A stretch of DNA of 64,000 nucleotides from a virus (taxonomy: Duplodnaviria; Caudoviricetes): positions 96,001-160,000 of the IMG/VR virus record IMGVR_UViG_3300033066_001295; one strand, 5' to 3'. The stretch's first letter is position 1; each line of letters begins with the position of its first letter. Below, in pieces: positions 54,786 through 63,138 of this stretch. Made by a program: the position numbers and the translations under genes. The notes below the pieces were generated by a model. That model was not told the origin of the DNA and searched no databases. It saw only the letters and a list, made by a program, of their open reading frames with translations.

Positions 54786-55241
54786 TTAACTTTCACCGAC
54801 GTATGTCACGCCACAGGCGTTACACACATATTTTGAAGAATCGCCATTCGGTGGATGACGAAAAACATTGCAGCCACAGTCACACCGGAATGACTGTCCG
54901 CCAGAAAGCCTCACCATTCTGTCCACGTCAGGATCAGCCCAGTTGGCTACCTTCTCAGGCACAGAACGCTGGGTTCTCAGTTCAAACAAGCCTTTGAGGT
55001 CAGACTCCTGTTCCATGATCAATCGAGCATAAAAGGCACGATGGTTATTGCAGAGTTTGAAGTCAGGATCAGTTGTGCTGAGTCCTACCTCCCATCTAAC
55101 AAGCTCATAGATCATGCTAATACCAAGCTTGGTCTTGCCACCCTTGGCTTTCACCCAGTCACGGGCAAAACCAACAAGAAGCTCATAGACCTTTGGGTTC
55201 TCTTTGTGGAACTTCTGGAACTCTTTTTCAAGCTTTGACAT
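54786..55241 (-). CDS. conserved phage hypothetical protein
   Basis: FHKENPKVY...FKLCNNHRAFYARL; C-terminal FRCDCGCNVF...CNACG. Confidence 0.65.
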   Translation of the reverse strand: MSKLEKEFQKFHKENPKVYELLVGFARDWVKAKGGKTKLGISMIYELVRWEVGLSTTDPDFKLCNNHRAFYARLIMEQESDLKGLFELRTQRSVPEKVANWADPDVDRMVRLSGGQSFRCDCGCNVFRHPPNGDSSKYVCNACGVTYVGES

Positions 55242-55312
55242 TAGTTGACTATAACTAATACAAAACTCCTGTCAAATTGTTTTGAAAAGTCCGTTGAGTG
55301 TATGTATTTCTT

Positions 55313-55864
55313 ATGGAAGACTTAACGGGAAACATCTTCGGACTACTTACTGTTATAGGTCCAGCGAGCAAAGCTAACAAACAACGTGGCAGACGTTGGG
55401 AATGCCGCTGCTTGTGTGGTAAGCTAACCTCTGTACAAGGCTACAACCTAAAAAGAGGAAACACAAAATCGTGTGGATGTTTAGTCGGTGAAAAAATGAG
55501 GGGAAAATGTAACCCAAGATTCAAAGGTTATGAGGAAATCAGTGGGTCAAAATTATATGAGTACAAGAAAAATGCAAAACTTAGGGGGTTAAATTTTGAA
55601 GTCACTATTCAAGACCTTTGGGAGCAATTTCTAGCACAAAATCGAAAGTGTGCTCTAACTGGAGTAGAACTCACATTTCAAAAAACCATTTTAGACCGAG
55701 CATCAACAGCCTCTTTAGACAGAGTTGACAGCACACTAGGGTACACTAAAGGCAATATTCAATGGCTTCACAAAGATGTTAATTATATGAAATCAGACCT
55801 TCCACAGGAAGTATTCATACAAATCTGTAAACAAGTAGCATCTCAGCACGAAGGAAAACCATGA
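55313..55864 (+). CDS. HNH homing endonuclease inserted in the tRNA region
   Basis: DLTGNIFGLLTV, WECRCLCG, KSCGC, KCALTG, SLDRVDSTLGY..NIQWLHKDVNYMK; AT-rich and on the opposite strand. Confidence 0.85.
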   Translation: MEDLTGNIFGLLTVIGPASKANKQRGRRWECRCLCGKLTSVQGYNLKRGNTKSCGCLVGEKMRGKCNPRFKGYEEISGSKLYEYKKNAKLRGLNFEVTIQDLWEQFLAQNRKCALTGVELTFQKTILDRASTASLDRVDSTLGYTKGNIQWLHKDVNYMKSDLPQEVFIQICKQVASQHEGKP

Positions 55865-55960
55865 GGGGAGGGAGCCACTTTCACATCCTGTAGCTCCAAC
55901 CCATGTGCAGGCCGACAACGGCAATTCGCTGCTCCCCCCACTCATGGTTCAAAAAAAGTG

Positions 55961-56162
55961 TTTCCCATGCCAATGATTTTACGGCGGGTCTGGTTACCCG
56001 CTTTCACCTTCACGTCATTACCTCTTTCAGGCGGATTGTGACTGGCCTAGTCACTCTCTGACGGAGACAACCTCTCATAGGATTTGATAGGTATATGGGG
56101 GTGAAGCGCATCAATCAAACGAAGGGTACATTGCTGTCCCTAATTCGTCACTGACTGGGAAA
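55961..56162 (-). ncRNA. unassigned structured RNA
   Basis: no ORF; TTTCCCA/TGGGAAA closing stem and internal hairpins (GTGACTAGGCCAGTCAC, GCGGGT..ACCCGC). Confidence 0.5.
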
Positions 56163-56163
56163 T

Positions 56164-56286
56164 TGGTCGAACAGGAGGATTTTCACCACCGTCTCTGAGG
56201 AGCTATTAGAGCCAACCTTTTTGCACTCATTGCTTGTTGGTCATCTGTCTAGCCGTCTCCATCTCGCGTATGGGCACGCTGTTCGA
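56164..56286 (-). ncRNA. tRNA-like RNA with enlarged core and CCA end
   Basis: TCGAACAG/CTGTTCGA-CCA; T-arm-like GGTGG-TGAAAAT-CCTCC; no normal anticodon arm. Confidence 0.55.
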
Positions 56287-57770
56287 TAAAAGGAGTGTAT
56301 ATCACTCCGAGAAAATTGTCAACCACTACTTTGTGGTAGGCTCTGGCTGAGGTTTTGCCTTCAACATATCAGTCAAGAAGCTGAGAGTCTTGTCATGGGC
56401 TTGATCAGCCCCGTAGGAGCGGTTTATCTCAGCCCTGATGTCACCTTTAACTGTCTCTATGTCAGCCTTCATGTTAGAGATAGACGAGGCATAGACAGCA
56501 CTCTCATCAACGAGGTGCTTCACCCTTTCGATGGTAGCAGACTCAGTAGCTTTGGCCACTGCCCAAGATGATATACCATCCTTGAACTGAGTGAAGACAG
56601 CCCATATACCCAGAAAAAGCATTATCTGGTTGTTTGAGATGTTGATCCTCGGCTCCTCAGCAGGCATACCAAATAGGTAGGTGTGTGATGGTATTCCCAA
56701 GTGGAATTGCACCACTTCGAGCACCTTCGGAGAGTGCCATGCCTCTATTACATCATGGGAACTGGTGCTCACGACTGGAGTTGCACCAGCACTGCCACGC
56801 TTCTGAGACGTGTGCCTCCTGCTATTGGGCTACGTGAGCTTAATGATACAAAGCCGCAGATGCTCTGTGACGAGAGTATGGTTCAGGCTCGTCATCACCA
56901 TCATCAAGAAATTCAATCTTTGTCACTGTATGCGAGGTCTCATCAGCTTTCTCAAAGGGCTTGCCCATGTAATAGGCATATGCTTCATCCCGAGAGGCAT
57001 TGATGGTGGTGTAAAGGTAGTCACCGTCATCAAATGTCACCTTCAAAGCGTGTTTTTCAGGTTTGACCTTACCATAACGCAAGTCATCAGGCAACTCAGG
57101 AAGACCTCTTTGCTGCCTAATTTTAACCATTTCATCATGGTCCATACCTAGAGGTGACTCGTTCATCGAGCTAATGAAACTGTTCATGTCAATATCTACC
57201 CTGTTGAAGCAGTAAACTTGATTTTTGACTTCGGTATGTCGTGAGGTGTCTTGTATGAAGCCGACCTGAAACGGTGTGTATAGACGAAGAAGCCGTTGGC
57301 ATCCTTGCCCAAGCTCACCTCTTTCATGATCTCCTTCAGATCATCGGGCTTGGGGACGTTCTCCATTTCAGATTCAAACAGGTTGAGAAAGGTCATGTGT
57401 TGTCAAATACCTATAAGTAGGCTTATACCTGTCAAATAACAAGCTTTGTTGAGTTACCTGACTGAACGCCCTCATTTCAGCAGCCAAAACTTCAGCATCT
57501 TTTTGGCTAAATCCGCCACCATCAAGTGCTCTTAGCTCAAGGATGTAATGACTGTCACGTAAAAAAGTTGAGTACTTGTAAGCTGGATGGACAATGTGAC
57601 AATTAACCCACACAACCACCTTATCAGAATCGGCCAGTCGAACAATATCAACAGGCCTATCTTTGAAAAAGCTTAGTAGTGGGAAAACCTCACCCACCAC
57701 ATTGAACTTGATGCCATTGAACTCGTACATCGGGTAATTACATCAGGTACACCTTGAATGTCAAATATTT

Positions 57771-57845
57771 TGGACGCCAGTAAGGGGATCGCACCCTTCT
57801 AGTTCGTTTTGCAGACGACTCCGCACTCTAGCCCGGTCACTGGCG
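57771..57845 (-). tRNA. tRNA-Cys(GCA)
   Basis: CGCCAGT/ACTGGCG-T-CCA; loop CTGCAAA. Confidence 0.8.
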
Positions 57846-57853
57846 ATTATAAA

Positions 57854-57928
57854 TGGAGCCACCAATGGGATTCGCGCCCATCTCTTCCGAATACCAATCG
57901 GATACATCGCTGTCTATGCTTTGGCGGC
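57854..57928 (-). tRNA. tRNA-Thr(GGT)
   Basis: GCCGCCA/TGGTGGC-T-CCA; TCCGA-TTGGTAT-TCGGA. Confidence 0.85.
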
Positions 57929-58360
57929 AAAAGTTATATTTCTCGGCTCGATGACACCGTCATAGAGCACTGTGCCAACACTACTGAGGGAGGCTTGGTA
58001 GTAGCTTGAGGGTATTGATAGGTACCCATCAACAACCCACTCGGGGTGATTTTCGGTAAGTTTGGCAAACATTTCTTCAACCCTGTCTTCCAACTCTTTG
58101 GAAGTGGTACTGCCATACCCAACAGGTTCACTCAATGATGGCCTGTCAACCCGGAGGAGAGTTGTATCAACTAGGCAGCTAAGAACTACAGGTTCCCCAC
58201 CACCATCTGCTGCTTCAGCATAGTAGTAGGCAAGCTCAAACTTGTCTGATAAGCAAGGATTCTTCAGCCCATGAATTTTGATCGAAGAAACCCACTCGCT
58301 ATTTGTCCCGTGGTACAAGGTTACTGAGCTTTCAAACAGGCTGACAAAACTAGCTGACAT
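57914..58360 (-). CDS. ADP-ribosyltransferase-fold protein (HYE/Tpt1-like)
   Basis: TLYHGT..SIKIHGL..CLSD..LAYYYAE..PVVL...YDGVIEP. Confidence 0.55.
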   Translation of the reverse strand: MSASFVSLFESSVTLYHGTNSEWVSSIKIHGLKNPCLSDKFELAYYYAEAADGGGEPVVLSCLVDTTLLRVDRPSLSEPVGYGSTTSKELEDRVEEMFAKLTENHPEWVVDGYLSIPSSYYQASLSSVGTVLYDGVIEPRNITFAAKA

Positions 58361-58761
58361 ACTGATATGTAGCTATCAAAAAAATTTCAGTGTTCATGTG
58401 GGGAGAGGTCTCTTTCCTACCTTCAAAGTCAGCTTTCGCTTCTCATATCATCACATGAACTCCTGTTTGAGCAGACACCAAGTTAGTCCTTAGACCTTCC
58501 AGTGATGCTCGCCGGATAGCCCCCGGCTCTCAAATTGTTATGGTCTTTTATCACAATGGATCATATAGACCGGTCTCGTTGGAAGAAATCTTTCTTCTGG
58601 GTAGAAGCTGTTACAGACAAAAATGCCATCTGTCCTGCCCATGCTCTTCATTTCAAGCTCTTCCTGTGACCTCACCTCAATCACGATCTCATTCAGTGAG
58701 TAGCCTAGAGCCTTGGCTGTGCCTGTCTTACCAGACCCCATTGAGCCATAAATCAGAGTGA

Positions 58762-59154
58762 TCATTTCTTAGTGCCACTGGCAACGTAGGTTTTCAGTTG
58801 CTCCTTCAGTGCTTCCACAGCCAGATTGTAAATCTCAGGAACATCACGTTTTACAACCTCTGAATTGGCAATCTCAGGGAGAACGTACATCAGAGCTACG
58901 GTCTTACTGGAGGGAAGAACAGAGGATAGTGTGCCCAGCAAAAGGATAGCAGGCAGTGAAAATAGAAGCGACCACTTTGAGATAGAAGAAAATACTGGTT
59001 TGAGTTCCTTATCCACCCCTTTGTCATTGGATAAGAACAAAAACACAACTCCGAGAATGGCTAGGAGCACAGAGGCAAAGACTACCCCTCCACAGGTACT
59101 ACGTACCTCGTCGGCCATCTGCCACAGATATACATTGAATGGTGTTATTGACAT
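58762..59154 (-). CDS. two-TM membrane protein
   Basis: YLWQMAD..TM..TM..LPSSKTVALMYVLP. Confidence 0.65.
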   Translation of the reverse strand: MSITPFNVYLWQMADEVRSTCGGVVFASVLLAILGVVFLFLSNDKGVDKELKPVFSSISKWSLLFSLPAILLLGTLSSVLPSSKTVALMYVLPEIANSEVVKRDVPEIYNLAVEALKEQLKTYVASGTKK

Positions 59155-59195
59155 ACAGAGACTATATCAAGAGTTGACTTGAGGTCAAATGAAAA

Positions 59196-59270
59196 TGGAA
59201 GCCCATGTTGGTAACGCTCCAATCTTACTCCGGGTCAAAGCCGGATGCATTGCTTCTATGCTAATGGGCT
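59196..59270 (-). tRNA. tRNA-Gln(TTG)
   Basis: AGCCCAT/ATGGGCT-T-CCA; TCCGG-CTTTGAC-CCGGA. Confidence 0.85.
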
Positions 59271-59417
59271 AAAAAGGTAAATAGCCGGTTACTATTCCGG
59301 CGTCCCTGAACCCGCTTGCTACAGGCTGGACAGTACTCCTTTTGGGCAAGCAGCCCCCGCAACTTCCCTGCGGACGGTATGGTGAGAAACCCTCTTTGCA
59401 AAAGGAGAGCGATAACA

Positions 59418-59467
59418 CCCATGACACACCTTCGTGTGTTTCGTCCTTTTTGGACTCATCAGATGGG
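59418..59467 (-). ncRNA. type I hammerhead ribozyme
   Basis: CCCAT-CTGATGA-GTCC(AAAAA)GGAC-GAAA-CACAC(GAAG)GTGTG-TC^ATGGG: complete core with all three stems paired. Confidence 0.9.
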
Positions 59468-59469
59468 AG

Positions 59470-59610
59470 TCAAAGAAGTGGAATCACACATTTGCACAGC
59501 ACATGTTGCACCACTCACGCTGGGTAGGACAGTCTTCACATCCAGCAGGCTCACCAAGGGGGACTGACTCTCCCATAGGTGGCACCTCGCGTCTTATTCC
59601 GCCACTTTGA
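59470..59610 (-). ncRNA. unassigned multi-arm tRNA-like RNA
   Basis: TCAAAG/CTTTGA closing stem, Leu-type D-arm GTGGCGGAATAAGACGC, three further hairpins. Confidence 0.5.
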
Positions 59611-59612
59611 TT

Positions 59613-59687
59613 TGGCAGCCATGGTAGGATTTGCACCCACTTAAAACACCTTCAGAGGGTGTCGCATATCTATTCTGCCACATGGCT
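59613..59687 (-). tRNA. tRNA-Gln(CTG)
   Basis: AGCCATG/CATGGCT-G-CCA; ACACC-CTCTGAA-GGTGT. Confidence 0.85.
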
Positions 59688-59706
59688 ATAACACTTTAAC
59701 TCACAC

Positions 59707-60414
59707 TCATGCTGCTGCCCCCATTGCTTCGGCCATGGCGCGGGTTTCTTCGAGGTCAGGAACAACCACAGCCTTGGGCTTGGCACCCCAAGGCAAACCG
59801 AACCGCTTGGCGCAGATGGGGCCGTAGCCAACATCAGTGGAACGCTCATCATCCAAGCCACGGCTGCAAAAGCAGCAACAACCGGTGCGGTGACCATACT
59901 CAGCAGCAACCTTGGCAGGATCAGCGGCGAAGTTCTTCAGGAGGTCAACCACAGTGGAGTCATTGTCACGGCCAGCGAAGAACTCGCCTGACTCAGTGAC
60001 ACGGCCATAATAGGCACCACCGAAAGTAGGGCTGGAAACCATCAAGTTGCCGACATACTTGGACCGCTCACCGGCAAAGGAAATCTTCACCTTGTTGCCG
60101 GAGGCGGCGGAGAGGATGACGGCTGGACGCTTGAGGGCTGAGGCAGCCTTGATGAAGAGGTTCTTGATGCCACTCAAGTCGATCTGGGCGGCTGGAGTTG
60201 GAGCCACCTTGGGCGTTGCCAGCTTGTGAAACCAGAACAAACGGGCTGGAGTGAGGTTGTTTGGGTATGCCTCGACCAGAGACCGGGCGAAGGAGGGGTC
60301 ATTGAACTCCCCATTGGCGATTTTGGCAACCAGAGCTTCCTTTGCTTCTGCATCGGAATTGAACGGGCTGGTGATGACTTCGTTGTTCTTCGGATTGGTA
60401 AGTGTCGTGCTCAT
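59707..60414 (-). CDS. DUF6011-like zinc-binding domain protein
   Basis: YGHRTGCCCFCSRGLDDERSTDVGYGPICAKRFG; leaderless start after the promoter at 60422-60449. Confidence 0.75.
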   Translation of the reverse strand: MSTTLTNPKNNEVITSPFNSDAEAKEALVAKIANGEFNDPSFARSLVEAYPNNLTPARLFWFHKLATPKVAPTPAAQIDLSGIKNLFIKAASALKRPAVILSAASGNKVKISFAGERSKYVGNLMVSSPTFGGAYYGRVTESGEFFAGRDNDSTVVDLLKNFAADPAKVAAEYGHRTGCCCFCSRGLDDERSTDVGYGPICAKRFGLPWGAKPKAVVVPDLEETRAMAEAMGAAA

Positions 60415-60421
60415 GGTGGAC

Positions 60422-60449
60422 ACTATATCGAAAGTCGGTCACTCGTCAA
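60422..60449 (-). promoter_or_regulatory. conserved phage promoter
   Basis: TTGACGAGTGACCGACTTTCGATATAGT, 7 nt before ATG at 60414. Confidence 0.8.
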
Positions 60450-60738
60450 CCAGAAAATGAGTTTTTCAGTTAATTTTTTCTTCACCCCGGTACGCCATGA
60501 GCCATGAAGAGCAAGTTGGCGAGCACATCCGATTGCCACTGATTGAGCTTTTTGGGTGTTTCACATCGTCTTCGGTCAATCGAGGGTCTTCCCACTCCTT
60601 TTCGAGCATTCTCACCCCACACTTCGGACATCTACGCCAGACGTGTATTGAAGGTGGAAAGTCATCTTCGTATTTGGAAAACATTGGTACCAGTGAGTGG
60701 ACCCGCCCCACAGTGCAAAGGCTTATGAAACCCCGCCC

Positions 60739-61149
60739 CTACTTCAGGACACTGGCATTGATTCTTTGCATTCTGGCTGGCGCAGCAGCGAGAACTCTCG
60801 GGCTGATGTGCTTTTCACAGGACTGCCTCAAAGCACCTTTTTGCTCAAGAGAGAGCAAACTCACAGATGGCCCAAGGTGTTTTAGCTGAGGAAAGCTAAT
60901 GTCTTCTGAAAGGACATAACCAGCCTCCCTGAGAACCTCTTCAGCAGGCTTGTAAGGTGTCCCCATTCCAGCAATTCGCCTGATGTCACGGATGACCTCC
61001 CAGTCGATCTCTGTTTGGAGCAAAAGGGCAAGCCACTCAGAGAAGTCGGTGATGATGATCTTCTTGGGAACAGGTGCTACAGCCGGAAGAGGCACGACAG
61101 CAGCTACTGCCACGCCCATGAGTCTCTTGAAAAAATCGCGCCTGTCCAT
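60739..61149 (-). CDS. Tat-signal protein with gp23-like segment
   Basis: MDRRDFFKRL signal; LALLLQTEIDWEVIRDIR. Confidence 0.6.
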   Translation of the reverse strand: MDRRDFFKRLMGVAVAAVVPLPAVAPVPKKIIITDFSEWLALLLQTEIDWEVIRDIRRIAGMGTPYKPAEEVLREAGYVLSEDISFPQLKHLGPSVSLLSLEQKGALRQSCEKHISPRVLAAAPARMQRINASVLK

Positions 61150-61491
61150 TCAAGAATATGTCACAAGAGGTGGACACTTCAAGATTTTACTTTCTGGAAT
61201 TATAACCAGACTAGGGTAGGCAAACTTGTTGAAGTACTCTGGAAGGGCTGCTGCGTACATCTGCCCAAACAGTGAGTCTATAGAGTCCTTCGTCCCGTCC
61301 CCACCTAGATGGGTACAGTGTGTCTTGCCACAAATGGAGCAGGTGTCATATGCAGCACTGGAAGCAAAGTCTGACAACCAGTTACTAACAGCAGAAACAA
61401 CTGCTATGGCTGAAGGAACATCGAGAGTGGACATCTGACTGCCCATCCATCCCCAGAACTCGTCACTTTCTCTTGAAGGAACATCCATAAT

Positions 61492-61568
61492 TGGTCAGGC
61501 TAGAGGGATTCGCACCCTCGGTCTCTTGCACCCCATGCAAGCGTGATACTAAGCTTCACCATAGCCTG
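61492..61568 (-). tRNA. tRNA-Pro(GGG)
   Basis: CAGGCTA/TAGCCTG-A-CCA; CTTGC-ATGGGGT-GCAAG. Confidence 0.85.
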
Positions 61569-61574
61569 TTAAAT

Positions 61575-61704
61575 GATCAAAGGAAACTGAAGAGGGCAAA
61601 ATAGCTTTCGCTACTTCCCCATTAATCAACCATACCAATGTTATGGCTGATGGTGGGGAAGGCTGCCTTTCGGCAACGAAGTAGCCTGTTTCTCGCTGTT
61701 GATC
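61575..61704 (-). ncRNA. Y RNA-like 3 (Ro-binding-type stem with non-tRNA effector module)
   Basis: 5' GATCAACAGCGAGAAACAGGCTACTTC / 3' CCCTCTTCAGTTTCCTTTGATC; two GAAA hairpins flanking a long stem. Confidence 0.65.
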
Positions 61705-61778
61705 TGGTGGAACCGGACGGTAACCCTCCGTCGTTTGAGACATGCCATGCCCCCGTTCTAGTTTTGAACTACGATCCC
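61705..61778 (-). tRNA. tRNA-Ala(GGC)
   Basis: GGGATCG/CGGTTCC-A-CCA with G3:U70; loop ATGGCAT. Confidence 0.85.
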
Positions 61779-62163
61779 ATAAAGTACCCGTTCTGGTGCG
61801 CTTCTTTGAGAGGCGTAACGGGTTTTTGGAGGACGCACTCGGCGTTTAGCCGATTCTCATGAACATGCGCCCATAAATGCAGGCCGGTTTTACCCGGCTG
61901 GTACTTCAAGTAAGAGGGTAGATGCCTCATCCTCTATTTTCGGGCAGCCCCGTCCTTAATGGAGCGTTGTACCTACCCCTCCCCACCGCTTGGTTTAGCT
62001 ACGCCATTCGGTGCCTGTTTACTGTGCGTGCCTAGCACGCTGTCTGCAAAATTTTAGCTTCATCACCCCTCACGTTCTCTTACTCTTGGAGTGACATACC
62101 ACGTTGACAAGCCCCGAATAACGATCCGAACTTATCTAGGCTGGGAATATCTTCCTGAAGCTA

Positions 62164-62256
62164 TGGCGGATAATCGAGGACTTGCACCCCAAGCTCACTT
62201 TCGTGGCTCAATCCGATTTCGAGTCGGCACCGGCTCGCTTGTCCGGTTGATCATCC
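62164..62256 (-). tRNA. tRNA-Ser(CGA)
   Basis: GGATGAT/ATTATCC-G-CCA; loop CTCGAAA; long variable arm. Confidence 0.8.
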
Positions 62257-62468
62257 AAAACTGAATCTGGGTCTTTCCAAGTAATCTCAAGGGTCCCATC
62301 TTCCAAAAACTTGCACTTGCAGTCAACGCTCAGCTTTCGCTGAGCGACTATTGGCATTGACACAATCTCAAGATCAAAGCTTGGAAGGTCTTCAGGTAGG
62401 ACCCCTTCAGGCACTACTGAGACTACAGCCGAAGCGGCAGCAGACTTGAAAAGTGTTCGTCTATCCAT
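62208..62468 (-). CDS. Tat-signal protein with gp23-like segment
   Basis: MDRRTLFKSAAASA signal; LPSFDLEIVSMPIVAQRKL; 3' end overlaps tRNA-Ser. Confidence 0.5.
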   Translation of the reverse strand: MDRRTLFKSAAASAVVSVVPEGVLPEDLPSFDLEIVSMPIVAQRKLSVDCKCKFLEDGTLEITWKDPDSVLDDQPDKRAGADSKSD

Positions 62469-62675
62469 GACGCCTTGCCTCCTCTCTTGTTACCTCTAGG
62501 AGAGGGCCATATCTAACGTGAACAGCCGTGTCAAATTCAGGCTCGTCAGAAATGCATGAAATAGTGAGAGCATCACTGCCATCACCACATGCTGCTACTT
62601 CAGAGCATTCAAATTTACCATTCCAGAATGATATGCTGAGAAACCCCCTATAGGGTTTCATAAATCTGTAATACC

Positions 62676-63116
62676 CTACTGGCATGATTCACAAGGACCA
62701 TCAACTGAACAGGAAGGTTGACCGAGTTTGGTGTCACCAAAGTCGAGGTCATCTTTCTGTGCAACTTCATCTGCTGCCTGCCATATTCTGGCTTTCACCT
62801 CTGTACGAGGCTCTATTTTGAACTCCCCATCAACACGAAGCGTGCGACGATCCTCTGAAATGAAGTTTGGGTCTGACAAGCTCTGCTGAATAGCCTCACA
62901 AAGAATCTCAACAACCTCATCATCAATGCTAAGACCATGACGCTGAAACACGGTATCAACAACGTCATTATTCCAACGAACTTTGATGGTACGGCCATCC
63001 ACAGCAATACCCCTCCTTAGCACGATGTCATCAGGCCCAAGTGGTGCATCTGGGAAGGTGATTGTGTGACCGGGAAATCGCTCCTGAACCTTTACCATAA
63101 AGTCTTGATCAGTCAT
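62676..63116 (-). CDS. protein with gp23-like segment
   Basis: AVDGRTIKVRWNNDVVDTVFQRHGLSIDDEVVEILCEAIQQSL. Confidence 0.6.
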   Translation of the reverse strand: MTDQDFMVKVQERFPGHTITFPDAPLGPDDIVLRRGIAVDGRTIKVRWNNDVVDTVFQRHGLSIDDEVVEILCEAIQQSLSDPNFISEDRRTLRVDGEFKIEPRTEVKARIWQAADEVAQKDDLDFGDTKLGQPSCSVDGPCESCQ

Positions 63117-63138
63117 AACTCAAGCTAGGCTACATTTC

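Noticed and set aside
55857-55949. SRP (4.5S) RNA
   Set aside because: A long hairpin, but the conserved helix 8 CAGG-GNRA-AGCA motif is absent.
59275-59610. RNase P RNA
   Set aside because: Size is similar, but the P4 motifs (GAGGAAAGUCC and ACARAANNCGGCUUA) are absent; the region resolves into a hammerhead plus other hairpins.
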